Below, piece by piece: positions 48,431 through 57,215 of a stretch of 64,000 bases of DNA. The stretch is from contig CALUXY010000001.1 in assembly GCA_944324855.1 (NCBI GenBank), forward strand, positions 11,117-75,116, read 5' to 3'. A model generated the notes under the pieces. The model was given only the letters and a program-made list of their open reading frames with translations. It did no database searches and had not been told where the DNA came from. The position numbers and the translations under genes are program-made. Position 1 is the first letter of the stretch. Each line of letters begins with the position of its first letter. This stretch comes from Candidatus Gastranaerophilales bacterium (GTDB lineage: Bacteria > Cyanobacteriota > Vampirovibrionia > Gastranaerophilales > Gastranaerophilaceae).

Positions 48431-49234
48431 ATGATAGATAAAACCGCAATAATTGATCCTTCCGCACAAATTGCAGAAGATGCAATCATCGGTCCTAATG
48501 TCGTTATAGGGAAAAATGTTAAAATCGGTTCTAAAACCAGAGTTATTGCAAATGCGTATATTGAATACGCCGAAATCGGAGAAGGATGTACAATCTCTCC
48601 TTTTGCAACAATCGGATCCGAACCGCAAGATTTGGGATACAAAGGTGAAGAAACAAAAGTTGTTATAGGTGACGGTACTATCATAAAAGAAAATGTTACA
48701 GTGCACCGCGGTGCAGCCTGCGGAGATTTTACAACAAGGGTCGGCAAAAAATGTTTACTAATGGTCGGCTCTCACGTTGCTCATAACTGCGTATTAGAAG
48801 ATGAAGTTATTTTAGCAAATCTGGTTACTCTGGGCGGGCATGTACACGTTGGATTCGGGGCATTTGTCGGCGGTATGAGTGTATTCCACCAAAATATCAG
48901 AATCGGGAAAATGGCAATCATCAGCGGATTTTCTGCTGCACGTCAAGATATCCTTCCGTATTCCAAAGGAGAAGGCAGACCGCCGGTTCCAAGAGGTCTT
49001 AACGTTGTTGCAATGAAAAGAAGAGGTATCTCTCAAGAAGAAAGAACTATTGCAAATGAAGCATTCAAACTGCTTATTGCAGAAGACTTAAACACCTCTC
49101 AAGCAATTGAAAAAATAAGAAAAGAACTGCCTGAAAATCAAATTGTAAATGAAATGATTGAATTTATCCAATCATCAAAACGCGGAGTTACTCTTAAAAC
49201 CCACAAATCAGGCTACCAATCTTTAGAGGGTTAA
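48431..49234 (+). CDS. lpxA: acyl-ACP--UDP-N-acetylglucosamine O-acyltransferase
   Basis: N-terminal left-handed beta-helix hexapeptide repeats (IDPSAQIAEDAIIGPNVVIGKNVKIG...), HRG, and a C-terminal helical domain typical of LpxA. Confidence 0.85.
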   Translation: MIDKTAIIDPSAQIAEDAIIGPNVVIGKNVKIGSKTRVIANAYIEYAEIGEGCTISPFATIGSEPQDLGYKGEETKVVIGDGTIIKENVTVHRGAACGDFTTRVGKKCLLMVGSHVAHNCVLEDEVILANLVTLGGHVHVGFGAFVGGMSVFHQNIRIGKMAIISGFSAARQDILPYSKGEGRPPVPRGLNVVAMKRRGISQEERTIANEAFKLLIAEDLNTSQAIEKIRKELPENQIVNEMIEFIQSSKRGVTLKTHKSGYQSLEG

Positions 49235-49260
49235 AAAGAAATACTGAATAAGTTATAAAA

Positions 49261-49292
49261 AATACCGGTATTAATTACCGGTATTTTTTTTT
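49261..49292. terminator. bidirectional intrinsic terminator
   Basis: AATACCGGTA-TTAATT-TACCGGTATT followed by a T-run, with an A-run upstream. It lies between convergent genes. Confidence 0.6.
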
Positions 49293-49296
49293 ACTA

Positions 49297-49887
49297 TTAC
49301 CAGGATTTAATATTTCTTTCAACTATATTAGGGATTGAAAGTTTATCAATTTCCATAAGCCATTTTGCCTGTTTATCAGGAAGTTGTTCTTTAAATTTGT
49401 CGGCTTCTTCTTTGTTATTAAGCGGGTATTTATGCGCAAATTGTATTGCAATTACGCCTGACTGACCTTTTACCTTTTCTATCTTAAATATATTTTGTTC
49501 AAGGTATTTATATTTACCTGTATCGCCTACAAGTATAAAATTCACTATTGCGGTATTTTCTTTTTCATTATACATAACCTGAGCATCTAAAGGTGATTGT
49601 TTGCTGGCGCCAGCAGCTAAATCTTTTGCATAATTAAAAGGTTTGCTGTAATTTTTTATATGATAAATACCAATCAAATCAGTCCATTTATCACCGTTTT
49701 CATTTCCTTTATAGTATTCATTGATATATGATTTAGTTGCTTTTGAATAATCACTGAATTTTAATGTAAATATCTGGTTATCAAATTTGATTGTTTTTGA
49801 ACTGTTTGTTTTGGCAAACACCGAACCAATTGCCAAAATACAAATGAATAATGTTATAACTATTTTTTTCATACTGTCAGTATACAT
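49297..49887 (-). CDS. hypothetical secreted protein
   Basis: Signal-peptide-like MKKIVITLFICILAIGSVFA. No other motif recognised. Confidence 0.5.
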   Translation of the reverse strand: MYTDSMKKIVITLFICILAIGSVFAKTNSSKTIKFDNQIFTLKFSDYSKATKSYINEYYKGNENGDKWTDLIGIYHIKNYSKPFNYAKDLAAGASKQSPLDAQVMYNEKENTAIVNFILVGDTGKYKYLEQNIFKIEKVKGQSGVIAIQFAHKYPLNNKEEADKFKEQLPDKQAKWLMEIDKLSIPNIVERNIKSW

Positions 49888-49914
49888 TCATTTATATTAT
49901 AAGGCAAGATTATT

Positions 49915-51657
49915 TTAATCATTATTGTGTTCGTTCATTACCCGTTTAGATATCTCAAAAACCGGTAAGTCGTTGCCGTCTTTTATATCTTTTGGATTTG
50001 GATTTTTCACCCACAAATCAACAGAGTCCTCATTTATATACTGTTTCGAATTCTCGGCAATTATATATTTTACTACATCTTTGGGTTTATCTTTATATCC
50101 TTCAATACCCGCAAAATCAAGAACTTTCATAAAATTATTCTTCATAACATAAAATGCATTTTCGACTCCGCCGGTTTTATTTGTAATTCTTGTTTCGGCA
50201 GGATTTTGTGAATAACCGGAATTATTTTTTAAATCAATTTTTTCATCAATTAAATCACCGTCAATTAATTTATTAACATTTCGTTCACCGATTTCATCTT
50301 TTATTTTATTTAACCCTTCTTTAGTAATTTTATATCCCGTAAAATAATTATCTACATTCACCGATTCAAGTCTGTATGATGTTCTAAAATTAACATCCGC
50401 ATTACACCCTTGATGGTCAAGTTTTATATCAAGGTTTGGCGGGACAACCCCATTCTGGAACAAAAGCACATCTCTGATTGTTAAAGGTTTTGATTTATCT
50501 TTACGTTTTTCACTCAAGTAGTATAAATCATATTTCAAAACATCAACAGTACCTTTAACATCGGCAAAAGCATCGTGTGCATCATCCAAATTCTTGCAGA
50601 ACAGGAACTTATACTGTTCCGAGAGTTTTTTTCTTGCTCCTAAATACGGATGAATTCTTTGCTGCAAAATAAACGGGTCAATAACCTTATATGCCCGTTT
50701 TGGTTTTAATTGTTCATTTGAAAATTCGTTATGTTCATTTATGGCATTATTCAACATTTTTATATCAAATTTTGAATTATATGCAACAATTATTCCGTTT
50801 TTCTTATTCAAATAATTGTTTACAAAAGGTTTCAAAACTTCTTCCATAACAGGTGCATCTTTGACATCATTATCATACAAACCATGCACTGCTGATGAGC
50901 CTTCCGGAATATGCATCTTAGGATTGATTAATTGACTGTAACCTGTTTCTGGCAAGACTTTTCCATTCTTAACCTGTATTGCACCAATTTGAATAATTTT
51001 ATCCAAAGGTTTCGTGGTATCATCGGTATTTGTACCTGTCGTTTCCGTATCAAATACAACGCAATCTATACACAATTTGCCGTTCTTATCAGTAATCGGA
51101 ACATCAAGAGATTTGTGTCGGGACAAATTCATTAACTCTTTCAGATTTGTTGCAAAAGAAATATCATCGGTAGGTTTTTCATAAAGATTCTTTGCCGGCG
51201 GCTCTTTTACTTCTCTGGAATCAATCGAATGTGATGTCGCAAGCGGTTTTTTGACATTATATTTATTAAACCTTTTAACCCAGGTTGTATCATTTGTTTC
51301 TGCAAGCGCATTCGCATGCTGGAATACATAAAACTCTGTTTCATCTGCCGTACTCCAGTCAAGCGGTTCTTTGGAAAGGTTTTTCCAGCCAACCTTATTA
51401 AAATCAACCCATATACCGTCTTTGTAAAGCCCTGTTCCCTGATATTCTTTATCCGTAACTTTTTTTATGTAATTATCCTCAAACCATTGCCCCTTAAAAG
51501 TCATACTTACCGGCGGATAATAATGCGAGGAAATAGAAGATGACTGCCGTTTTGAAACAACAGAAGGCAGAGAAGGGTTTGTTACATTTCTCGTTTCTGA
51601 TTTGTAGTTAACAGGTGAATAGTAAACCGAGATTATTTTAGTTTGAATTGTATTCAT
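49915..51657 (-). CDS. DEDDh (DnaQ/epsilon-like) 3'-5' exonuclease domain protein with long N- and C-terminal extensions
   Basis: Exo I VVFDTETTG, Exo II AYNSKFDIKML, Exo III HDAFADVKGT. ~190 aa of unknown N-terminal sequence includes ..SMTFKG.., and ~200 aa of C-terminal sequence is also unknown. Confidence 0.65.
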   Translation of the reverse strand: MNTIQTKIISVYYSPVNYKSETRNVTNPSLPSVVSKRQSSSISSHYYPPVSMTFKGQWFEDNYIKKVTDKEYQGTGLYKDGIWVDFNKVGWKNLSKEPLDWSTADETEFYVFQHANALAETNDTTWVKRFNKYNVKKPLATSHSIDSREVKEPPAKNLYEKPTDDISFATNLKELMNLSRHKSLDVPITDKNGKLCIDCVVFDTETTGTNTDDTTKPLDKIIQIGAIQVKNGKVLPETGYSQLINPKMHIPEGSSAVHGLYDNDVKDAPVMEEVLKPFVNNYLNKKNGIIVAYNSKFDIKMLNNAINEHNEFSNEQLKPKRAYKVIDPFILQQRIHPYLGARKKLSEQYKFLFCKNLDDAHDAFADVKGTVDVLKYDLYYLSEKRKDKSKPLTIRDVLLFQNGVVPPNLDIKLDHQGCNADVNFRTSYRLESVNVDNYFTGYKITKEGLNKIKDEIGERNVNKLIDGDLIDEKIDLKNNSGYSQNPAETRITNKTGGVENAFYVMKNNFMKVLDFAGIEGYKDKPKDVVKYIIAENSKQYINEDSVDLWVKNPNPKDIKDGNDLPVFEISKRVMNEHNND

Positions 51658-51668
51658 CTTCTCACCTC

Positions 51669-53657
51669 CTAACCTACCAAGTCCAGTTTGCTGCCTGTAT
51701 CAACGGCGGATTCCTGTGATTCATAATAACGGTTTTTAATTTTTTCATACTCTGATTCTGAATGTTTCCAATCCCTCTCAAACTGCTGATTAAAAACGTT
51801 TGCAAGTATCGGTTTTTCAAAGGCAATTGCAACTTCATTGTTCCCGCGTTTGTATTTTTCTTTGGCATTATTTCTATCAATCATGATTTTGTAATATCCT
51901 TTGATTGTAGAAAGTTTTGGACGATCTTTTTCCGTAAAATGATATTCTTTCTTTTGAAGAGAGATTGTTGCTTCGCCGGTTTGGTTAATATCTTTGATTG
52001 CTTTCTTTAGTTTTGCCCGTCTTACATAAAGTTCTTTATAATCCAGCCTTTTACGGTTAACAGGAGGAAGTCCTACTTCTTTTTCAATTGGTGCGACTGT
52101 TTTTAAGTACTCTTTAATTTCTTCATTAATTTTATCAGTATAAAGCTCGTAATCCTCTCTTTCTCCTTTTTTGAGATTTTGATTCAAACCCATTGCAGAC
52201 CAGTTTGTAGAACCTATCATAACTTCTCTGTCATCAAATACTGCCCATTTGGAATGCAAACGCTGGTTTATTCTTTCATCGGTTCTGTATTCTCTTATAT
52301 TAACTCCGTTTTCAACAAGTTCCTGATAAGCGGTATTACAATACGGGAACTCTCGTATAATAGACGGATCTACAATTATTTTTGCATCAAGTTCTCCGTT
52401 TTTTGTTCTCCGTATGATATTTTGGATGATTTCTTTATCGGATATAACAAATAATTCCGCCCTGAGTTTTTGGGCTGTTTTTACTTTGTTTAAAAGATAA
52501 TCTCTGGTGCTTTCTTCTCCTTCTTCTCCGACATACGCAAGTTCACGCGGTTTTGTGGCAAGAATTTTGATTGCAGGATTCTCAACCGGATTTCGTTTAA
52601 TTATATCAAGTTTACTCAAATCATTTTCATCATACCGTTGTTTATCTTCTTCGTTATCATAAAGAACACCTACAGTATTCATATAGTCTATATTTTCCTG
52701 CTTGATTTCTTTATTAAGCCCCTTGTAAAGTTCTTGTTCATCTTCCGATAGCGGCCCCGGAACCATTTTGGTACGTCCGAGTCTTTGCCAGGAGAATTTC
52801 CAGTCTTTATTAAAAATATCTTCCAGAATATTATCGACTTCAGAATTCTTTTTATCCGGTAATGTTTCAAGAGCAATACAGGCATCATGGTTTGCGTTTG
52901 AATGGTTTCCCCAGTTCATACCGCCGATTATAAGCTTTTTACCGTCTACAGCCACCAGTTTTACGTGCTGCAATGCAGCCCCGCCTTGAGCGGCTCTCGG
53001 ATACGGAACAACATCAATATCGTTTTCTTTCAAATACTTAATCATATCCATGTTGTTATAATGTCTGTCACGTTCATTGTTACCGTTTATGTACCATTTG
53101 TGAGCATCCAAAATAATCTGAACTTTAAGATTAGGATTTTCTTTTTTCTTGTTTATAATTATCGGCAGCAGGCTGACATGCTGATCGTATCCTCCGACTA
53201 CTTCCGAACCGTTTGCAGGCCATTTATGACCGTCTATCTTTGGATTTTGAAACTCGAACATTTCAATCTGGATAGAATCTTTTGCACTCTTTACATATTC
53301 AACTGTCTTATCAAATATTTGTTCGCCGTCAATAAGTGTTGTTGCTCTTGTATTTCCGACTATAGCAGACCTGCTCGGAACCGGCGGAACCTGCGGGATA
53401 TATGAGAGAGATTTAATCTTCTGCATCAAATATTCAGTTCTGGATATTCCCATTTTATTTGCATCCATCGCAATTTTATTTGCGACAAAAAAAGACACAT
53501 CGTCTAACGCTACAGGATGGTCTTTTTTAGGGGTTCTTACTATTGGTTTGGGAATCCGTTTTTGATAACTATCGTTCTTATTTTCACTCCCGAAAGCTAT
53601 ACTTTTAGGAACGCTAAACGTAATTGGTACAATAGACAAATTCGTTTTCATACACAC
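51669..53657 (-). CDS. phospholipase D superfamily protein with two HKD motifs
   Basis: HVKLVAVDGKKLIIGGMNWGNHS and HSKWAVFDDREVMIGSTNWS (HxKxxxxD...N). It has extra N- and C-terminal regions and no obvious TM pair. Confidence 0.7.
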   Translation of the reverse strand: MCMKTNLSIVPITFSVPKSIAFGSENKNDSYQKRIPKPIVRTPKKDHPVALDDVSFFVANKIAMDANKMGISRTEYLMQKIKSLSYIPQVPPVPSRSAIVGNTRATTLIDGEQIFDKTVEYVKSAKDSIQIEMFEFQNPKIDGHKWPANGSEVVGGYDQHVSLLPIIINKKKENPNLKVQIILDAHKWYINGNNERDRHYNNMDMIKYLKENDIDVVPYPRAAQGGAALQHVKLVAVDGKKLIIGGMNWGNHSNANHDACIALETLPDKKNSEVDNILEDIFNKDWKFSWQRLGRTKMVPGPLSEDEQELYKGLNKEIKQENIDYMNTVGVLYDNEEDKQRYDENDLSKLDIIKRNPVENPAIKILATKPRELAYVGEEGEESTRDYLLNKVKTAQKLRAELFVISDKEIIQNIIRRTKNGELDAKIIVDPSIIREFPYCNTAYQELVENGVNIREYRTDERINQRLHSKWAVFDDREVMIGSTNWSAMGLNQNLKKGEREDYELYTDKINEEIKEYLKTVAPIEKEVGLPPVNRKRLDYKELYVRRAKLKKAIKDINQTGEATISLQKKEYHFTEKDRPKLSTIKGYYKIMIDRNNAKEKYKRGNNEVAIAFEKPILANVFNQQFERDWKHSESEYEKIKNRYYESQESAVDTGSKLDLVG

Positions 53658-53796
53658 AAATATCCAACGCTCGTAACTTCCACATTATAATTTGTGTTTT
53701 TATATCTGACAAGCTTTATATAAAGTTTGTTTAAGAAACATTACAACTTTGATACAAAAAGGATGAACTATTTTTAAAAGGTGTTATAACTAAATT

Positions 53797-55044
53797 ATGC
53801 GTGTATTGTGTGGTGTGACTTCTTATTCATTTAAATCAAGTAATTCAAAGTTTCAAAATGAAGCAATGAATGAAAAGAATCAAAGATGGGGAAACGCGAC
53901 TAAACGTGAATCTCCACTTGATACAAAACCGTTTGATTTAAGAACACCATTTGAACGGGATAAAAATCGAATCATGTATTCAGAAGGTTACGACCGTTTA
54001 AGATACAAAACACAGGTATTTTTCAACCCGCAAAATGATATGGTTTCAACAAGAAGCACCCATGTTGCACTTGTTTCTGATATTGCAAGGAGTATTTCAA
54101 AACATCTTGGCTTGAATGAGGATTTAGCGGAAGCAATCGCACAAGGTCATGATATAGGGCATACACCATTCGGACACGATGGAGAAAAAGTTCTGGATTC
54201 AATTTCACGTTCAAAAGGTTTACCCAAATTCTGGCACGAAAAAAACAGTCTGAGAATGGTTGATGATATTCTATTGCTTGAAAACAGCAAGGGAGAATTC
54301 AAAAATCTGGATTTGACCTACGCTGTAAGAGACGGAATTATAAATCATTGCGGAGAAGTTAACCAGAATTTTATAATGCCGAGAGAGGAGTTTATTGATT
54401 TAAAAACAATACATCGACCTGCACAGGTTGAACCTTATACCTGGGAAGGAGTTGTTGTAAAAATATCAGATAAAATTGCATACCTGGGTCGTGATATAGA
54501 AGATGCAAAAAAGATGGGTATATTAAAGGGAAAACAACTAAAAGAATTAAACAAAATGATGTCGAAACATCTTGGTATTCCAAATCTGGAAGCAAATAAC
54601 ACAAATATAGTCAATCTTTTTATTAATGATATTGTTCAAAATTCTTCACCAGATAAGGGTATCGGTTTTTCTGAACCGGTTGCAAATCTGATGGATGATA
54701 TAAAAGAATTCAATTATAAAAATATATATCTAAAACCGGAGGTTAAAAAGATTAATACCAAAACTGTTGATGAACTCATAAACCCTGTTTTTGATTATTA
54801 TGAAATGAATTATGATGAGAGAGCTTTTGTTAAAAATACCAGAAAAAATCCGATTCTTACAACCTTTAAAAACTGGGCGGTAAAATATACGAATACGCCT
54901 GAAAGACCCAAGAATTGTGATAATAAGATACTGTATCATCTTAAAAATCCAAAGGAGTACAATCAGGCGGTAGTTGATTTTATATCAGGTATGACGGATA
55001 AATATATTCTCCGTGTTTTCAAATTCATTCAAAAGGCTAAGTAG
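53797..55044 (+). CDS. dgt: dGTPase-like HD-domain triphosphohydrolase
   Basis: FERDKNRIMYSEGYDRLRYKTQVF and HDIGHTPFGHDGE motifs. The start is uncertain: an alternative Met lies at 53866. Confidence 0.8.
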   Translation: MRVLCGVTSYSFKSSNSKFQNEAMNEKNQRWGNATKRESPLDTKPFDLRTPFERDKNRIMYSEGYDRLRYKTQVFFNPQNDMVSTRSTHVALVSDIARSISKHLGLNEDLAEAIAQGHDIGHTPFGHDGEKVLDSISRSKGLPKFWHEKNSLRMVDDILLLENSKGEFKNLDLTYAVRDGIINHCGEVNQNFIMPREEFIDLKTIHRPAQVEPYTWEGVVVKISDKIAYLGRDIEDAKKMGILKGKQLKELNKMMSKHLGIPNLEANNTNIVNLFINDIVQNSSPDKGIGFSEPVANLMDDIKEFNYKNIYLKPEVKKINTKTVDELINPVFDYYEMNYDERAFVKNTRKNPILTTFKNWAVKYTNTPERPKNCDNKILYHLKNPKEYNQAVVDFISGMTDKYILRVFKFIQKAK

Positions 55045-55045
55045 A

Positions 55046-55609
55046 TTATTCTAATGCCAGCTGTTGTCTGTAGAATGGACTGTTCGCAATTCTTGTTTGA
55101 ATTTGATTATTATTTTTATCTGAATGTTTATAAAGGTAGGCAAGATTATCCAATCTCTTGTTTAAATCGGTAGGCTGATATGTTTTATTAGCCTGTTTCA
55201 GCCTAATCCAATACTTTGCTTCTGTTTGCGTTGCAAGGGTTTCTTCTGCAAGCGTTGCAACTTTAGCCTTGTGGCAGCTTTCGTGTGCAATTAGACAGGC
55301 AATTTCTTCATCTGAACACTTACGATATTTCGTATTAATCAAAATATATCGTTCGCCAAAATTATTTTCACCGCTTATCGCATAATCATTTCTATAACTA
55401 TATGACAGTAATGCTAAATCATAGAAAACAATCTTAACCGAGTTTTCTTGAAGATTGTCAAATATTTCTGTTGCTCCGATTTTTTCAAGCAATAACAGGG
55501 CATCTGATACTTTAAAATCATCGGTAAAATGATTCATATTATACGCAAATGCAGGTGATGCGATACTTAATAAAAAACTGCATACTAAAATTAGGGTAAA
55601 TTTTTTCAC
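55046..55609 (-). CDS. secreted HExxH protein (putative metallopeptidase-like)
   Basis: Signal peptide MKKFTLILVCSFLLSIASPAFA and LIAHESCHKA (HExxH). Confidence 0.45.
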   Translation of the reverse strand: MKKFTLILVCSFLLSIASPAFAYNMNHFTDDFKVSDALLLLEKIGATEIFDNLQENSVKIVFYDLALLSYSYRNDYAISGENNFGERYILINTKYRKCSDEEIACLIAHESCHKAKVATLAEETLATQTEAKYWIRLKQANKTYQPTDLNKRLDNLAYLYKHSDKNNNQIQTRIANSPFYRQQLALE

Positions 55610-55756
55610 GACAAATACACTCCATGCTTTGGATGTTTATACTCTATATGTAAGTAGTGTTAGGTTGATTGCTTACATATATATAAAGTATATAAGCATG
55701 ATATAATTGCCTGGTTAACTAATATTGTTTACAAAAAGTAATAATTCAAACAGGAA

Positions 55757-56710
55757 TTAAGCATTTACCCCTGCATTTACCCCTTGATTTACCCCTTCCA
55801 GATATTTAGAAGCAAAAACGGCAGATACTGCCCCGTCAGATGCAGCGGTAATAACCTGTCTTAGAGGAGTATTTCTTACATCACCGGCAGCAAAGACACC
55901 TTCTATAGATGTTTGCATTGTATTATCGGTGATAATAAAACCGTTGGCATCTTGTTCGACTTGTCCTGAAATCCCCTCAACGTTCGGAGTAAAGCCTATA
56001 TAAGGGAAAACACCGTCCGTTTTGAGATTTGTAATTTCACCTGTTTTAACATTTTCAATAACAGCCGTAGTAACAACGTTATCACCTTGAATTTCTACTA
56101 CACGGCTATCCCATATAAATTCAAGTTTAGGGTTTTTGAATGCTCTTTCCTGAACAATTTTATCTGCTCTTAGAGTATCACGTCTATGAACTATATACAC
56201 TTTGTCTGCGAATTTTGTGAGATACATTGCTTCTTCGACAGCAGCATTTCCTCCGCCTACAACCGTTACGGTTTTTTCTTTATAAAAAGCTCCGTCACAC
56301 ACTGCACAATAGCTTACGCCTCTACCTATAAATTCCTGCTCGCCTTTTACGCCAAGTTTTTTGGCTTGTGCACCGCAGGCAATGATGACTGATTTGGCTG
56401 TAAATACGCCATCCAGAGTTTCTATTATTTTTGGATTTGATTTTAAATCAATACTTTTGATTTCTTGCATCGGAAACTTTTGAACATTAAATTTATCAGC
56501 GTGTTCTTCAAATTTTTCCATAAGGTCATACCCGCCGATAATAGGGAATCCCGGATAATTTTCCAATTCGAGATAATTGGACGGCTGTCCGCCCATCATG
56601 CTGATATCTAGAATTGCGGTTGATGCAGAACTTCTTGCCGCATATATCCCTGCTGATAACCCAGCAGGCCCGCCGCCAAGTATTATTATATCAAATTCAT
56701 AATTCCCCAT
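55757..56710 (-). CDS. trxB: thioredoxin-disulfide reductase with short GVN-repeat C-terminal tail
   Basis: GGGPAG FAD motif, CAVCDG redox centre and GGGNAAVEEA NADPH motif. The tail reads LEGVNQGVNAGVNA. Confidence 0.9.
   Translation of the reverse strand: MGNYEFDIIILGGGPAGLSAGIYAARSSASTAILDISMMGGQPSNYLELENYPGFPIIGGYDLMEKFEEHADKFNVQKFPMQEIKSIDLKSNPKIIETLDGVFTAKSVIIACGAQAKKLGVKGEQEFIGRGVSYCAVCDGAFYKEKTVTVVGGGNAAVEEAMYLTKFADKVYIVHRRDTLRADKIVQERAFKNPKLEFIWDSRVVEIQGDNVVTTAVIENVKTGEITNLKTDGVFPYIGFTPNVEGISGQVEQDANGFIITDNTMQTSIEGVFAAGDVRNTPLRQVITAASDGAVSAVFASKYLEGVNQGVNAGVNA
55761..55796 (-). repeat. 3 x 12-nt tandem repeat at the trxB 3' end
   Basis: On the + strand: GCATTTACCCCT, GCATTTACCCCT, TGATTTACCCCT. 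These encode GVNQ/GVNA/GVNA just before the stop codon. Confidence 0.8.
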
Positions 56711-56732
56711 AACTCTAACCTCCGGTAATTTA

Positions 56733-57215
56733 TTATTTTAAACTGTTTCCAGCAAGTTTTCTACCTTTAATTTCGTATCTTGCTTTTTCTGTCGTAAGTA
56801 CATGTCCATCATAAAGTGAATGTGTTTCCAGCACAACTTCATTTATTCCTGAAAATGTATTTTGCTCTATTCTTATAGATACTACATCTTTTAGGACTTT
56901 ATTATCCCAGTCGGCAGTTTTGGTAAATACAACAAGGTTTCCTTCCGTTGCCTGCAACCCTACTTCTGCCTTCGCTCCCGTAAAAGGGTTCTCAAGTTTT
57001 AAGACGTTACCGACTCTTGATAAGTTCCATAAATCCATACTTGTCGGCTTAAACGTTCGCGGACTGTTTGTTTCGACTAAATGTGCCTCAACCTGCCAGC
57101 TTCCAAACAATGTTTTGGGTATTTTATCAACCGAAACACCCGCCTGAATAGTGTATGCAAAAACTGTCATAACACTTAAACATAATACAACTAATAACGT
57201 TAAAATTTTCTTCAT
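56733..57215 (-). CDS. hypothetical secreted protein
   Basis: Signal-peptide-like MKKILTLLVVLCLSVMTVFA. Its start codon abuts the pgi stop. Confidence 0.5.
   Translation of the reverse strand: MKKILTLLVVLCLSVMTVFAYTIQAGVSVDKIPKTLFGSWQVEAHLVETNSPRTFKPTSMDLWNLSRVGNVLKLENPFTGAKAEVGLQATEGNLVVFTKTADWDNKVLKDVVSIRIEQNTFSGINEVVLETHSLYDGHVLTTEKARYEIKGRKLAGNSLK

Noticed and set aside
48343-48747. 134-aa and 100-aa minus-strand ORFs antisense to lpxA.
   Set aside because: They are shadow ORFs. The + strand encodes an unmistakable LpxA hexapeptide-repeat protein.
51669-53657. Calling the dual-HKD protein a cardiolipin synthase.
   Set aside because: The paired N-terminal TM helices typical of Cls enzymes are absent, and there are extra N- and C-terminal domains. 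Only PLD-superfamily membership is supportable from motifs.
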